DNA of 64,000 bases from Octopus vulgaris (Eukaryota), in the NCBI GenBank assembly GCA_951406725.2, contig OX597818.1, forward strand, positions 32,426,001 to 32,490,000. Direction: 5' to 3'. Made by a program: the position numbers and the translations under genes. Shown one piece after another: positions 27,829 through 40,209 of this stretch (positions are counted from its first letter, which is position 1; each line of letters starts with the position of its first letter). A model generated the notes under the pieces. That model saw only the letters and a list, made by a program, of their open reading frames with translations. It did not search any database and was not told the origin of the DNA.

Positions 27829-27914
27829 CTGCAATCACAAAGATGTGCTATTAAAATATGTCATGATAAGAAGGACTGTTGAACCAACTGCCATTGGATC
27901 CAACTATATATATA

Positions 27915-28120
27915 TATCGCCATGATAGATCGTTAGCCACTACACACATTTTTTCTCCTTGTTTCTCTCCTTGTTTTTTTTTTCTGTTTCCCTTTCTGTA
28001 GAAGAGCGTAGGCTCGAAACGTAAAAGACTTTTTCTATTCCTGAGCGTTATACTAATACATCTGTTTGTTTTGTACACCACCTGTCTTCGTTTTTTGTTC
28101 TTTTCGTAAACTCTCCCAAA
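27915..28120 (+). mobile_element. Family H hammerhead-motif element
   Basis: (TA)n flanks; 27992-28027 reads CTTT-CTGTAGA-A-GAGC(GTAG)GCTC-GAAAC-GTA-AAAG. Confidence 0.78.
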
Positions 28121-30300
28121 ATATATATATATATATGCGTAACAGAATGAGATTTTAAAAAATCCCAGGCTGAGAAAGATTTCAGAACATTTATAAAAAG
28201 AACGTCTTACAGCTGTTTCCGGGATACGGCGCGAGAAAATGGTTAAGGAATAGTTATTATATAGAAGATATGAAATACAGGGTGTTTGTATTCATATAAG
28301 TGTTTGTACAAAAGAAATGCCGTAACATACTTTCGTTCATACGAAGGCATGATATCGTAACTCGTGAAAATTTGTATATCTTACCAGCCAAGCATAGCTA
28401 CCTACATACTATTAAAACGAATACTAGGAACATCCGGTTTCATTTCGCTGCTGTACCCCATGAAGTGTGCATAGATACAACATAGTCTTGAGAATATCGT
28501 GCAAGTTCATTCTTTATATAATTTTGATAGTTTACCTAGATTATTAATCTATCTCGCCTATTTCCTTTGTGTAAGAAAAGCTTGTGCACAGAGAATTGAG
28601 AAGATTATCGATTATCCCGTCATGTTTGCAAAGCAATTTGTTCGTTTAATTAATGTTGGGAAGGATAAATTAGCTAACTAGAAATAATTGTTTGTAAGGA
28701 AGATTACACTATTAAAATTGCTGAGTCAGACCCCACCCCACGCACAAGCAAACGAACAAGCTTGGCTTGTTTAGTTGATTAGCGAAAAACAAGATTAGCC
28801 TTTGAATAATATTATTTAAAGTAGTTAAGCAAGTAGTTAAGCAAATTACTGCGAACAAGTTTTGGTGAAATTATGGCATCAGTAGCGATGTATAGAGCTA
28901 CCGTTCTTGTGGGCATTCAAATGGCATTTCTGAGTAATTTCTTTCTTGAGATATTTTAAAGTTTATTGGAGTATCTAGGGTACCTTCAAAACTATTTCGC
29001 CAAGCATGTTAAAGTAAACGTTTCACGCATGAGCCCAAAATGAGAGCGTAATATGTTCAAAGTTGCTTCTTGTTTTTGAGGAAATAATTTCAAATTATTA
29101 GTCAATGACCAATATAGTTTAACAATCGGGTAAACTATAAAAGCAAACTAGATTTGTCTTTGTGTACAAATGCGTGTGTAGGAAATATCCACTGTTTATT
29201 ATATTTTCCTGATCATAAATTTCCTCTGCTCACTTGAGAAATCGCAACGCAGACTTTGCAGTTTTCCTTTCTTCATAGAATTGACTCTACTATCTTACAG
29301 TTCTCTCCCTGAGTTTCCATTGTCTTTCTATCCTTCTTCACTTTTAACGCATATCTTGGTATAATCTTTTCACAATCTTTTGCTTCTCAAGTTTTGACAT
29401 TCTTCAGTCAACCTAAATATAGAATCCTCTTAGCTGTCACCTTTTGTAAGTTTTGTTTAATGCATGTTCTCTGAGAATAAGTATGGAGTCTGCTTTAGTC
29501 TGAGGCTAGACTGAAATGTTTTCAATATATATTATGGAATCAGTAATCATAATCCTTCTTAGGGTGTGCAGCTATCCGTGTTTGTTTAAACGCGAGCATT
29601 TGTGTATTTGTGTTTAGCTTTTGTATACATAAACAAGCGTACAAATACGTTTGTACACACGCATACACTCACAAATGAGCTCGTGTTTGTTTGCGTGTGT
29701 CTTTGTTTGTTGAATTATTTTTACCGCGTCTATGAAGGAGATTTCTGTTGCTGTTCGATCTCCCATATTTATATATATTTCTAGCTTAAATCTTTAGTTC
29801 CTTTCTATCCGACTACAACATATATCAGGGCCGTTAGTACGAAGTAACCGGCCACAAATATTGAAAATAGTACTGCATTTAAAATTTAGGATTTGGGAAT
29901 ATCTTTTAAAGACTTTAAGTCTCTGTTTTATTAATACGTTTGTTTTTGCTATATATTATTCAGGATGAGCTTCTAAGTTTATCCAAACCGTTACATTTGT
30001 TTTGCTTAATGATTATTGATATAATTGGGACGTATTTAAATTTTGCTATGTGAGTGAAAATGCTACACGACTTAGAGGAAAAAATTTCACTGAAGGATAG
30101 TTGTAACAATGCATAAGTTTTCTTGTCGGAATGGAAACTATTTAAAGAAGATATATCAGAATATTGTGAATAAAAGCGTTTAATTATATTAAAATGTCAA
30201 CTTTCATTGAGAATGAAGCCCTCAAAAGATGACAAAATGTTTGGTCGTCCTTTTATATTTGAAATCTTAACTCAATAAGCAACTTGGGAAAATAACTTAC

Positions 30301-30365
30301 AATCCTGTAGTTTACTTGATGTGAGTTCTATATATGGAGAACTCTCATCCTTCTGTCTCTCTAAA
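30301..30365 (-). CDS. Candidate internal exon (65 nt)
   Basis: Strong acceptor tttttgcttcAG and donor GTAAGT; open frame LERQKDESSPYIELTSSKLQD. Confidence 0.45.
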
Positions 30366-31738
30366 CTGAAGCAAAAACGATGGATAACCTGAATGTTAAA
30401 TCCTAGTCGTATTTCATTTAATTTATTTTGTTTTTGTCTTTTTGTCTTGTTTTCTGTTTTGTTTTTCACAGGAAGTTCAAAATATTGATTTCCAACCTTG
30501 GCAAAAGGCCGCCACTAAATTAAACATACTGCAACCCTTTGAGCACACCCACTAAGGATTAATTATTGTCCTTAACTACTATTAAGCTTCTTTCGGACTA
30601 AAATTATCAGGACTCTGACAAATCGTTGAAAATATGTTGCTATTAAAAATACATTTAATTCAAACCGCGAATAGCAGGGAATATATTTGAATTTGATTTC
30701 ACAAATTTCTTGAGTCATGTACCTTTTTTTTTTTTTTATAGAAAAGATATTTGTAATGACGATGACATCATGGATTAATATTTAATGCTGCCAAACTGAT
30801 TTGGCTAATGGGAAGAATACAAAATGATGAGAGAAGCTAATGAGCTTACGGTGTAATCAACATTGTTTATTTTTCCAAATTAACATTAGAAAAGCCATTA
30901 CCAGTTCAAACCTCACGTATATAGATATCATCTTCCAATTTGCATATGAAATAGTTGAGTATTAATGTTTCATTGCAATAAAAAAAAGAATGAAATAACA
31001 AAAAAAAAAAAAAGAATAATGAATACACTAATGACTTTCCGAGCGTTTCAATCGATTTTTGTTTACAACAGTAATTGAGTTTGTTACACAGGATTCCAAA
31101 TACTCTTTCTCATTTCATGAGAGTTCTTCGTTACATATGATCGATAACTGACTATACGCCCCAATATACAAGCTGTTTAGGCTTAAAACAGAATTAGAAA
31201 CAAATGTGTAGTGTTTAATATCAACGACAAAAACACCGCCACCAAATCCTCAAGAGCAAATAGTCTGGCTCCAAAGATTAAAACTGATGCAAATTACGCG
31301 AGGAGAGAATTGACAGCGTGAATAGACTGTTGATAGGACACCAAACAACCAATAATAGATAAATGATTCATGCTCAGTCATCGTGACTTGATTCCGTGTC
31401 GAAGATATGACAAAACGATTGATTTTATGTGATTCTAAACTTTTCACGCTGCCTGTGATGACAGTGTTACATTGGTTACAATTTCTTTCAGCAAACAATG
31501 TTGAGTTCGAATCCATTTTATGTTTTTGCATTCTTGTGTATCATTTCCTTGAATCATTAAAGGAAAATCAATTAATCGATAACGTTATACTCTATTTTAT
31601 AGTTATTTTATAGTTATACTCTATTTTATAGTAATTATAGTTATTTCTCATTAAACTCACTGTTACCTTATCTTGAAGAAAAGAGAAGAAAAAACTATAA
31701 TCTGCATCACACGTCTTTCTCTTCGTAGTGGATACCTA

Positions 31739-32116
31739 CACTACCGTCAGAAATTAATTAGCACCCTTGATTTGCTCTTCACTCAAGGTATGTGCTGTCA
31801 CCTAGTGCCATATATCGAACTATTGCTTTGTTGCGAGTTCACTGTTGCGCAGAACGATGACGTAACTTTGTTTGCAGGCAGTTTGAGAGTCTACAGCCTT
31901 ATGATGTTGACATAGCAGTGCAACAACAACTTGGAGTGCGGATGCAGACAAATCTTCCTTTGTTTAATAGATATAGGTAGCGCCTCGCAAGGACCGAAAT
32001 CACACCATACTAAGTTTTCTCATCGCGTAAGACGTTTTGAACAGCTCATAGGTTAATTGATTTAACCTATTTAATGTAGAAATTTGAGAAGTGCTAATTA
32101 ATTTCTGACGCAAGTG
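31739..32116. mobile_element. Non-autonomous Tc1/mariner-type MITE (378 bp)
   Basis: 26-bp TIRs CACTACCGTCAGAAATTAATTAGCAC / CACTTGCGTCAGAAATTAATTAGCAC (24/26), TA on both sides; the paralogous empty site has a single TA at 32331-32332. Confidence 0.9.
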
Positions 32117-32118
32117 TA

Positions 32119-32628
32119 TGTTAAAAATTTGTGAAGCAGTTGTCTGTCCTACTAGAGCATTTAAAAATTTATAGGTTCCCTCACGCATACCTAAACAGGC
32201 GCATATAACACACAAGCGCATACAATTTTAAAAAGATGTTGTGAATAGATTACTTTATACAGACAGAGGAAGATGAAAAAAAACCCAAAAACTATAAACT
32301 GCATCACGTTTTCTCTTCGTAGTTGATACCTATGTTAAATATTTGTGAAACAGTTGTCTGTCCTACTAGCGCATTTAAAATTTTATAGGCTCTCTCACGC
32401 ACACCTAAACAGGCGCATATAACGCACAAGCGCATATAATTTGAAAGATTTTGTGAATAGATTACTTTATACAGATATATGTTAACAATTTGTGAAGCAG
32501 TTGTCTGTCCTACTAGCGCATTAAAAAATTTATAGGTTCTCTCACGCATACATAAACAGGCGCATATATCACACAAGCGCATACAATTTTAAAAAGATTT
32601 TGTGAATAGATTACTTCATACAGACAGA
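32119..32628. repeat. Three copies of a ~150-bp unit in tandem
   Basis: TGTTAA..TTTGTGAAGCAGTTGTCTGTCCTACTAG..GAATAGATTACTT..ACAGA starting at ~32119, 32333 and 32480. Confidence 0.92.
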
Positions 32629-32785
32629 GAAGATGCTTCTCCATTTTCGACCCTTTTCCTAACTCACTTTCGCCTTCCTTTTCATTTGAGATATTGTCCT
32701 CCTCTACTTCCTAAAGAAACAGTAGGGTTCCGAAGCTATGTCTGTCTATATATTTGTTCTGTACAAATCTTTTTATTCGGGTATT

Positions 32786-32962
32786 TCACTGTGGAGCCTT
32801 TCTGTCAATTTTTGTTGAAGTTGCTCTTGTTTTTACCGATGGAGTTGTTTCTTCTTGTCCATCTGCAGTTATCGTTGGTGCAGCTGCAGTTAGTCTTGTG
32901 GTGTTGGTTGTAGCACTGGATAAAAGGAATGTTGGTTGCCTCGCTTCCCCCCCTCTCTCTCG
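32786..32962 (-). CDS. Candidate terminal coding exon, Thr/Ala-rich, unknown product
   Basis: Acceptor tttgtgtctAG (alternative ccttttatccAG, exon start 32915); RERGGEARQPTFLLSSATTNTTRLTAAAPTITADGQEETTPSVKTRATSTKIDRKAPQ*; AATAAA at 32772-32777 just after the stop. Confidence 0.5.
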   Translation of the reverse strand, partial: RERGGEARQPTFLLSSATTNTTRLTAAAPTITADGQEETTPSVKTRATSTKIDRKAPQ

Positions 32963-33119
32963 CTAGACACAAACTCCAGGACGTTTACCATACTACAGCT
33001 ATAACAGGTTTGTTAGGTTTAATTTTCTACAGATTTTCCCAGTCATGTCACTCCAGAATTCAATCTACCCATATATCAATCCACTTGTTAAAGATAAACA
33101 TAAATGGAATCGATCTCAC

Positions 33120-33161
33120 CGGTCTGGTAGGGGATGTAAAAATCATGGGCACAGTATCTTC
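33120..33161 (-). CDS. Candidate 42-nt internal exon
   Basis: Pyrimidine tract with a weak GAG acceptor, donor GTGAGA; EDTVPMIFTSPTRP, phase 0/0. Confidence 0.35.
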
Positions 33162-33829
33162 CTCCGAAGAGGAAATAAATAAATTAAGTGATGGTAAAAT
33201 AAAATAAAGATTCCTTTTCTCGATTTAAAGATAGAAAATTTGTGACTTTTTCCTTTCCGAATAGTAATATCAACACATTGCAATATATAATACGTTTTTA
33301 TCCACTCTCATACTTGATTCTAAGAAATATATGAATTTGCTTTTTCTTTTATCTAATTTTGAAACTAAATAAATAAATAAATTTTGTTTTATTTCATTGA
33401 TAAAAGAGGATTTTAACTAGTATCTGGTATTATATTGGCTTTAATCCCTGTTTATTTTCCTTTCATGCAAATCAGTTAAAGTACTGCTACTAAACATGTC
33501 AATGCATTAATCTAATAGCAGGAAGGTCGCCAACACAATCAAAATATTTCTCATCACTTATATTCTCTACATAATCGAATGAATCCCATTCTTTTACGCT
33601 ACAGTTCTGACCCTCCAGTCACCCAAATGACTGTTTTTTATTGACTATCATGAATCTGTATGTGTTCATGGTAATCTCAATTATGAATTATTTTGTGGGC
33701 AACCAAAAGAACGAAAGAAAAAAAAAACCCTTGCGGATTACATCAAGGGCCAAGATCAGTAATTACAATAAAGACACTATGACTACATAAATAAAATAAC
33801 AATAAATACACAAATAAAATAGCAATAAA

Positions 33830-34260
33830 TACACAAATAAAATAGCAACAAATACATAAATAAAATATAAAACATTAAAATAATAAAAAGGGTTCCACAA
33901 CTTCGGGGACACCACCTAAATCGGTTTCAAGGAATCAGACTCATATCTCAGTCTCCCATGTGACTTCAAAAGGAAGTGTCTTTTCCAAGTTCTTGTCTCT
34001 AGTCTACATCTGCACAACGAAATGGAGGCATACTAAGGCGCATCAATTTCCACTTATTGTAACATTTAGCGAATCTAGCATTACTCACTATCTCTCACTT
34101 CACTTTATTCTTTAAGTTATGCTCGGAGTTCATGAGAAGAAAAGTTTAGTTCTGAAGCCTTTAAATCGCATCCGTCACACAAATTCTATGGCTGCAGGAG
34201 TCCAAGGAGGGGTTTCTCTTTCAGGAGTAACGAAATTCTGATAAAGGAAGTTAAATACAG
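33830..34260 (-). mobile_element. Decayed L1/Tx1-like LINE 3' end (tentative)
   Basis: Minus fragments V*RMRFKGFRTKLFFS and LKNKVK..F..KW resemble the ORF2 C-terminus of L1/Tx1-type LINEs; by eye only. Confidence 0.3.
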
Positions 34261-34377
34261 ACACATGAGAAATGTATAGTTAAAAAAAACCTCACAACTT
34301 CCTATAAGTTCTGTGATCTTTGATGATCATAAGAAATTTTATGTCCGTTGAGACACCTCCCGACTACATATAATTTC

Positions 34378-34424
34378 TGGGCACGTGATGGCAATCAACC
34401 ACGTCGATTGTCATCACGTGCCCA
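34378..34424. repeat. 22-bp inverted repeat (hairpin, 3-nt loop)
   Basis: TGGGCACGTGATGGCAATCAAC-CAC-GTCGATTGTCATCACGTGCCCA, 20/22 complementary. Confidence 0.9.
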
Positions 34425-34431
34425 AACATAC

Positions 34432-34572
34432 CACCAAAGTGACGATAAGCCATGACTCAAGGTCGTAGGAAATATCTTCATGACTTTCGGGTTTTGCTGA
34501 CTCGTCGTTTGTTGTGGAATTAATGTGTGGATTGATTTGTGGTACAGCAAGCAGTCTTCCGTTTTGTCCTGC
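34432..34572 (-). CDS. Candidate internal exon (141 nt)
   Basis: Acceptor ..aactgtAG, donor GTG|GTATGT; frame AGQNGRLLAVPQINPHINSTTNDESAKPESHEDISYDLESWLIVTLV; a second frame is also open. Confidence 0.45.
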
Positions 34573-35645
34573 CTACAGTTTTAAATACCAGGTATGCGGT
34601 TATGTAACTTTTTTTGTGAAGACATGAAGCAACCTTACTTTTGGCGATGTATAGTTATGCAAACGTTCCCCTATATTTTTTTCATTCTTGAGTAAAGAAC
34701 TCTGGAAAGGATGTAATTCGGATTAAAAAAGAGAAAACCTTGAGATTTGTTCTTGACTAGTCAGTTCATTTCAACACTAGTTGAAATGAAGCTAAACAAG
34801 AGAACGTGTTTAGAAAATACAGGCAGAAAGAAGGTGTAGTAGTTTAATTTGATAAAAAGTGTAGTAGTTTATCATGTGAGAAAAGCTAAAACTACTATCC
34901 TTTTTCGCAATTTTTCTTTTGATGACAGATGTATATGTGAGCGTTGTTGATGTCGTTTACACCGTGCAAATTTGCGTTTTGGAATTAAATTGTCACTATG
35001 TATACTTACGAATTTATCTGTTCGTTTGCCTTTTTCCAATTATTTTATAGTTTCAAATAGAAATGATGTTTATGGTGATGTCGATGATGATCAGAAGAAG
35101 AAGGAGGGGAATAATTCTCAATCTTTAATATTTGCAAATGGGTCCGATGTTCGCTTTAATATATGTAGAGATTTCTACGAAATTAATAAAAATGATTTTC
35201 ATTTTGATGTACTGAACTTGCAAAAAAAAAAAAAATTACTATTTTCAATACAAATCATTACTTTTAGTGATAAAACATGGCAGAAATCTATAAAAAAATA
35301 CACTAGTTGAAATGAAGAACTAAATATATTTAAGGATAAAAAAGATATTTTGAATTATGATAATTTAAATATTTTGCCTTGGGTAAACTAAACAAGAGAA
35401 CGTGTTTAGAAAATGTTGGAAAACAACTAATATGCTATTTAATTTCTCCTATTACAGGCAGAAAGAAGGTGTAGTAGTTTATCATTTGATAAAAGCGATA
35501 AAAAAAATTTTAGAATGAGACATAGAAGTAACAGTTGATAAAAATACATTTTTTGAAGTTTGAGTGTGAGACACGGATAAATGAATGGTTGGATGATTAT
35601 CCGATGGTTTCGATGATGAGGATTCAGATCGATCAACTTAACTAC

Positions 35646-35722
35646 CTGTTCATTGCCTGAATTGGCAAATAAGTGGTTGAATATTCCACCGCTACTGTGT
35701 GTGTACCTTTGACGCAATTTTT
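35646..35722 (-). CDS. Candidate internal exon (77 nt)
   Basis: Acceptor ctgattttaccAG, donor CAG|GTAGTT; KLRQRYTHSSGGIFNHLFANSGNEQ, in phase with 34432-34572. Confidence 0.4.
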
Positions 35723-37594
35723 CTGGTAAAATCAGCGCAACACATTTGCATGTTTGTGATAAGGCTGTACTTTTGAATTAGGGGCAGAAGTCATCCCACT
35801 GGTGGGTATACATTTCCCACACCGTATATTTAATTTCATTCACAAGGTGTAGGGCGAGCCAGGGCTATAGAAAACGATAGTCATACAAGATGCTACGAAG
35901 TGGTATCGAACTGTAGATTTCATGGTTGCGAAGCGAGCTTGTTAACTATTTGGCCCAACAAATACTTCAAATGATTTAAGAAGCATCATTTGTTGAAGAG
36001 AGAATGATAACGTTTGCCAAAAAAAAAGCAACAGGCATACGTAGCGTAAATTATATTTCTTCAAATGAGATTCTAATGCTGTTGTTCTTGGCAAAACAAT
36101 TCACATCCACATTTTACTTCTTTATTTGTTTGGTGGGTTTCTTTCAAATATTCATTTGAAGAGTTTCACTTCTTTTAATTTTTGTGAAAAGGAACGGCTT
36201 CCTCTATTTCTGAATCTGGAGTGTATCCTAGCTATACAAAAAAATCCCTTGGTATAAATACAAAATTACATATACTCATATAGTAGTAAACATTTAAGAA
36301 TGTGTAAATAGATTTGCTAACATAATTTACTCAATTAGAGTGGCACTTCATACAAGGCAACAAACGGCAACTAGAATGATGTATCATATAGCAACTCTCT
36401 ACCTTCATGATTCACATAATTATTTCAATCATTTGCCTCAAAACGAATAGAAAAAAGCATAAAATAAATTCGTATAAGCACACCTGACAAGCGTACATAC
36501 ATATATTTTTACAGTAATGCTTGTGATCTAATTCATGCCTGGAATTGTACATATGTGAATTTCTATTAGCATCTTACACATATATGCACCCTCCTTCACA
36601 TAATTTTTACACTTAGATAGTTAAATGCATACACTACATATGTGTGTTCCTATTGTTTGTGGGTTTGCGTTCATTGGGTGATTGTTGAACAGAAAATTGA
36701 GCTTGGAGCTTCATTCACATGTGGTAAAAGGATGAAGTCATAATATACAAGCGAACAGCGAGAGACTGATGAAGGCGTTAGAAAGAAAAGAATGAAAAAA
36801 AAAATAAGAAGGAAGACTGCGTGGAAATTCATGAAAAGAATACCAAAGAAAAATAAGAGAAAATGAGATAGTCGTGGAGAAAACAGAGAGTAGTGTAGAA
36901 AGAGTAAAAAAAATACGAGTAAATAAACTGAAGAAGTCAGATAAAGATAATTTGAAGACAGAATAGGGAAAAGTAAAAGAGAAAGTGAAAAACTGGGACC
37001 TGAAGTCTTTACACAAGCATGTATGTCGCCTATGTTAAAAAGAAAAAGAGAAAAATAAACATTGTTGTAAGATGACTATCTTATAAACAAAATGATGTGG
37101 GTAGTTGAAAATGAAATGAATTTACAACCTGATAAGAGGTAATGTTGAAAGCTCGAAGGATTTTACAGTAGTTTTCACAGTTTCTATATTGTATTCAACA
37201 CTACGATCGTCATAGTTAAAATATTCGTTTAATCTTCTAGCATTATCCAGATTCCAGATTTATCTCTAATAATTGACCGAAAGAGCTGTGGTGGCCAAAA
37301 TTGATATTCATATGAAATATACAAAGTGGAGCATTTGTAGTAAATTTACTAAATGATATTTAAAATCGACTGCATTCATTAAATTTAAGGGCAGAGTATG
37401 AAGTAAATTTAAACAAGCATTTTGCGTAATAATTCGCATTGATATGCCTAAGTTTGTATCATGTGCCTCACAAATAATGTTATATAAATTGTAACTGGGT
37501 ATATTTGAATGTGTGTTTGTATGGTTGTACATGTTTGTTATTTTTTTTTTTAAATCAATGAAATCAGAGAACGCAATGCAATCTTCAGTACTTA

Positions 37595-37700
37595 CATACA
37601 TATAGAATAGGGTGAAATTGGTGTGCTTCTTCGAGGTTGCGCCAAGCGAATTGCAGTAAGTCCAGGATCGTCGGCCGATGCTTATCATTGCAAATTCCTC
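37595..37700 (-). CDS. Candidate upstream exon, frame and 5' boundary uncertain
   Basis: GC-richer island ending in overlapping GTATGT/GTAAGT donors; two open frames (MISIGRRSWTYCNS.. and GICNDKHRPTILDLLQFAWRNLEEAH..). Confidence 0.35.
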
Positions 37701-38096
37701 TGCTTATGTTCAACACACACACGCGTTCTCTTGCATGCATCAAGCTTTCTTCACATACATACATGCATACATTTATTCATTGAAACAGACAAACAAATGC
37801 CTATCTATCAATCTATCAATAAGCTTGGATTTTTTCAGAAAAAGAAGTTAACCAATTAATCCACTCATTACAAATACGATCTGCAAGTGGAGCAGTAAAA
37901 CTATGCAAGACTTTCTCGGTTTAAAATGTAACATTATTTTCGCTTGTCTACATTACTAAGATGGAGTTTTGTGTCTATATATATATATGCACGTGTGTGT
38001 GCGTGCGTAGGTAAATGTATGGGTTCGGTATACATCATACGGCTCATGCATTCTGAGAACCATTATGTGTCTAAATTTCAGTGCGTTCAATGTTGT

Positions 38097-38195
38097 TTCT
38101 TCTTCTTCTTCTTCTTCTTCTTCTTCTTCTTCTTCTTCTTCTTCTTCTTCTTCTTCTTCTTCTTCTTCTTCTTCTTCTTCTTCCTCCTCCTCCTC
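38097..38195. repeat. (TTC)n microsatellite
   Basis: Direct reading. Confidence 0.95.
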
Positions 38196-39081
38196 TCCTT
38201 TTCCCAAGTGATTCCATCTGCATACGATTACCTACATACGTGATTGGTTATTAAATTTTGAAATGGTTTACCTATATATAAAGCAATTGCCTCTACAAAT
38301 CACATTTTGATAACAATGATCAACACAAGTCCGACGCATGAAGAATATTTATTACCAGTCGGTTGTGCGGTTTAAGTATAGAAATTTATGTACTAAATAA
38401 GGATTTAAGCACGAAAACAACCCGGAAATTCCAATGGGTCTCATACAACGCGTTTTGAAGATTATTCTTTGTTTATATCATGAGTGTATGCATGCACGAT
38501 ATCACCTGGCGTGTATATATATATATACACACATATAAGATGATTTAAGGCTGCGAATAAATTTCAATGTATCAGCTTCCTGACTTCAATATTGCTATAT
38601 ATGGCTTAAAGCTACTATATATGCCTAATATTGATTCTTCTATTGATAATGTTTGTATAAATGCAATTAATATTTGCAAATAATTATATTGATATTCAGT
38701 ATTTCTATTTGTGAGTGTCTGGGTTTAAGTGAATCACTGTTGCCCAATGAACTGAATTTCTGTAGTTGAATGTATCTTGTCTATGAAAAACAGAGATTGT
38801 AGATTTGAAGTTTTGCGATAATTTTCTTTCCGTCGCTACGAAATAAGTGTATACTTATATTCGTTTTCATGAATTTAAGCAGTTCCAAACAGGAACGCGC
38901 ATGCTTACACGTATACATTTATATTTTTATGTATGTATAGATGTGAGTATGAATACGCGTATAAGTATGTGTGTAGATATATGTATGTACATAAATACAT
39001 ACATGCATTCATATGTGTGTGTGTGTATACAGATAAATAGATATAATACACACACACATATATATATACATACATATATAC

Positions 39082-39134
<53 letters not shown>

Positions 39135-40209
39135 CATGTATATATATATATATATATACATACATATAACTACAAAATTAGAGAATGGAGATACATATAT
39201 ATATATATATACATACATATATATATATATATATACATATATACATACATATATATATATATACATATATACATACATATATATACACACACACACATAT
39301 ATGTATATATATATATATGTAGATACTCACCCACATACACACGCATATACATACACACCCACAAATATATGCTTATATATATATATATGTATATACTAAC
39401 ACACACATATATATATATAAACACATATATGCATATATATATTTAGGTACACACACTAATTTACGTGTATATGCACTACCACATATGTCCCCATATATAT
39501 TTAAATCTGTCTCGCGTTGGTATTGCACTTGAATTTCAGATTACACTATATCTAATCCATTAAAGAATTAGACAAGATTTAAGATGCATTTCCTCTAATG
39601 CAGTTTGATAGAGAACGCACGCTGCATGTTTAAATTCAGCATCATTCTCCAAAACCATTTGTTCCAATGTCAATAACAGTTAGACGACGATGACAGGAGG
39701 AGAACACAGACATAACATAGGAACAACGTTAACCCCCATTAAATTATTATTTCATTATATGCGTCCTTTTAATTTCCGTTCCAAATGTTTGAAATTTATA
39801 AAACAGTATTAGTTTATTCCTTACCTTTTTCGATAAAACAACATTGAAAACATGGAAGCAATTGAAAACGTCTGTATCTATATAAAATATGGCACATGAC
39901 TCTATCTCTATATACTATCTATATGACATATACAAATATACTTTTCTTTATATATATATATATATATATATACAAAATGAAAAATGGAGAAATATATCTA
40001 AATCAATCATCAACTATCAGATAATACCCAATCAATGCTTTATTAAACCACTACACAATAGCAATGATATTATACATTAATATAGTACAAATATAACAAG
40101 ACATAGAAATATAAATATAAATACATTTACATTGTAGCTGACAGCTATAGGGTTGAATTTACAACCCCTATCTCATTATATATATATATATAAAGAAAGA
40201 AAAGTATAT

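Noticed and set aside
30737-31480. Plus-strand acceptor-like sites at ~30740 and ~31091
   Set aside because: All downstream frames close quickly and no consistent exon chain could be built.
31739-32116. CACTA/EnSpm element, because the left end starts CACTA
   Set aside because: The right end reads CACTT and the empty site shows a TA duplication, which fits Tc1/mariner better.
32119-32628. CRISPR-like array
   Set aside because: Long tandem units without unique spacers, in eukaryotic DNA with no cas genes.
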